From: Raillietiella orientalis
Taxonomy: Eukaryota
Direction: 5' to 3'
DNA: 64,000 nt
NCBI GenBank assembly: GCA_036172245.1
Contig: JAYWIR010000009.1
Location: forward strand, 3,596,001-3,660,000
A program made the position numbers and the translations under genes. Under the pieces are notes generated by a model that was not told where the DNA came from, ran no database searches, and saw only the letters and a list, made by a program, of their open reading frames with translations. Positions 62,213 to 64,000 of the stretch are shown here, one piece after another (position 1 is the stretch's first letter; each line of letters opens with the position of its first letter).

Positions 62213-62870
62213 GAGGCCGTGTGGTTACAGTGGTCTCCGTGCGTGGCACCATGCATCGTGGGTTCGAATACTCCGAAGGAATCGACGCAGTGTGTCGTGA
62301 GTTCCAAGTTCACCCAATAAGATCACGCTGGTTGGCCTACATTCATCCGGTTGCGGCACCGGTAGCGGTTGAAACCGGATGCCCCCGTAGAGGGCCGGGA
62401 CAAATGAGAGTCGATCTCTGGATCCTTCCAGGAATCAAGGAGTGGGGAGTTCCCCCTCCGGTTGTGAAGGAGCGGACCCCTATTCCGGGGGGACCCTGAG
62501 CGTCGTACTGATGGAGTAAGTCTGTCGCCACCACCTCTCCAGAGACTGCAGAGAAGCGAGCCGATCCCTTCGGGGAATCTGCGTCCTTCAGAGGAGCAAA
62601 AACAGGAGCGAATATCTTGTGGGAGATCGCTCCGGAGAAGAAATTCCAAGATCAGATCCTTTCCGGGTTTCCTTCAGAGAAGAAAGAATGGAGCTGAACC
62701 CCCGGGCGTGCTCCGGAAAGAATAAGGAAGGAGATTCCCTTCTGGATTCCCCTTCGGAGACAACCAGGGTGGTGATCTCCATTTCCAGGGATCCCTCCCC
62801 AGGTGTGAGAATAACGGACTCCAAGTCCTTCCATTCATAGGGCAAACCCCTCCCGGGTACCCCTATCTTA
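62213..62870 (+). mobile_element. tRNA-headed SINE-like repeat, copy H
   Basis: GGCCGTGTGGTTACAGTGGTCTCCGTGCGTGGCACC...GGGTTCGAATAC head, with CCCTTCGGGG and CCTTCGGAGACAACC in the body. Confidence 0.75.
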
Positions 62871-62874
62871 AAGA

Positions 62875-64000
62875 ATTATCGACGCGTACCAAATGGGAAT
62901 GAAGTCAGCTTCGTCGGGAGACGTCAGCGTGAAACACCAGCAGCGAGGAATCGATCTTTCTGGATGGGATACAGCCTCCGGAAGGTCGGCAGCGTGATAT
63001 CACTGAACGTCTTTGTCCTTTCAGCAAGCCTGTGGAACCCGTCGCGCGGGCATCCAGTGTGCTTTGTGGAAAGCAGCGGTGGAGACGAAGCCAGGTTTCT
63101 TACCAGAGCCAGTTGCCATTGGTTACGAACGCAGGGGCGATATCTGTTCCCTCAGGCACTTCCAGGTTTCCTTCACCGTGGCAGGAATGGGTAAATCCAT
63201 AAGGCTGGAGGTGGAGGCGCACGTGCGCGGGTCCCAGAACATGCCTTGTTCCTACCGAGGACGCCCCGGGGTCGTCCCCCTGAAGGAGGTACGACGTGAT
63301 CCCGAGAAATGGCCACAGATACTATAAAGGTTTTCTTCGGAAGAATAAACGCCCGGCGCACAAATAAACGCCCCGGGTGAGAATCGAGAAGTGGCCACGT
63401 GCCACCGCCGCAGTGCTGCCTTCCCCGCGGGGGCGTCGTGGCAGTCGCGGTGGCAGGAGGTGCTGAACCCACCGGCAGCCGCTCAGCCTGAGAACTTTCC
63501 GGGAGACGCGACCTGAAGTGCTCGCGCCCAACGACCGGCAGGCCAACCTGTCACGCCCGTGGACAACCCCGGGCTCCCCAGCCCCTCCAGACGGCGAAAC
63601 GCGGCAACGCCTCTGCTCCCGAGCTGCCGGCTCCTCCGCGGCGGATGGCAACGGGCGGCAGAGGCCCTCCGACCGCTGCCCCCGGCAGCTCCCTGCGGCG
63701 ATTCCTCCGCGCCGCAAGAGGGGAGCCACCACGGGGCCGCTGGCCATCCCGCGCTGAGCCATCGCGTGGGGTCAGCTGCAGCACCAGAGGACCATCCCGC
63801 TCCCTCCGCGTCGAGGGAAGAGGCGCCTGCCTCCCCGGATAACAAGGAAGATGCCGTCCGTCTCGCAGGCGCTCTCTGAGAAAGGCGTGGGGTGGTCGCC
63901 CCCGTGACCTACTCCTCCGTTTCCATTTTCGTGGGTCTTTTTCTTCAAGCGCCTTCTCCCGGTGGTCTCCTGTGTACATGTACAGCTCGTACTCGTACAT
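62875..64000 (+). mobile_element. Decayed L1/Tx1-like ORF2 post-RT region, running off the window end
   Basis: SLRKVGSVISLNVFVLSASLW and IQCALWK resemble the L1-clade LS..GR..L.N..VLS / FLW region. Homologous to 59900-60135. Confidence 0.5.
63317..63384 (+). mobile_element. 68-bp retro-insertion of the LINE 3' hairpin terminus, with a 14-bp TSD
   Basis: CGAGAAATGGCCAC (63303-63316) and CGAGAAGTGGCCAC (63385-63398) flank the insert. The homologous empty site is at 59993-60006. Confidence 0.8.

Noticed and set aside
63400..63480. HDV-like ribozyme core (CCT-TCCCCGCG-GGG here; CCT-TCCCCACG-AGG at ~60030)
   Set aside because: No upstream P1 partner could be found, and the segment reads as internal LINE ORF2 coding sequence.

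Overview
Eukaryotic genomic DNA, most likely from an arthropod (inferred from a dpr-family gene and an arthropod-type U2 5' sequence). The prokaryote-style ORF track is almost entirely GC-rich shadow ORFs. The only intact host gene is a minus-strand dpr-family two-Ig-domain gene. It has three phase-compatible GT-AG exons (32995-33143, 9475-9685, 7728-8018) and a 23.3-kb intron. The rest is mostly decayed retroelements. (i) At 1.5-6.3 kb, a cluster of Utopia-like (U2 snRNA-targeting, RLE-type) non-LTR relics, two of them joined to U2 5' fragments. (ii) Many divergent L1/Tx1-like LINE relics whose 3' ends share a short AATAAA-CGCCCCGG-N5-CCGGG-TGAGAA hairpin terminus. This motif has 8 copies, two of them stand-alone 37-bp and 68-bp insertions with target-site duplications. 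(iii) Eight copies of a ~700-bp tRNA-headed SINE-like repeat rich in C(UUCG)G hairpins, repeatedly fused to or nested with those LINEs. Also seen: a probable degenerate cox1 NUMT inside a LINE 3' UTR, possible decayed MADF-domain copies, a perfect 103-bp tandem repeat and two long inverted repeats. All calls are by eye, and boundaries of decayed elements are approximate.
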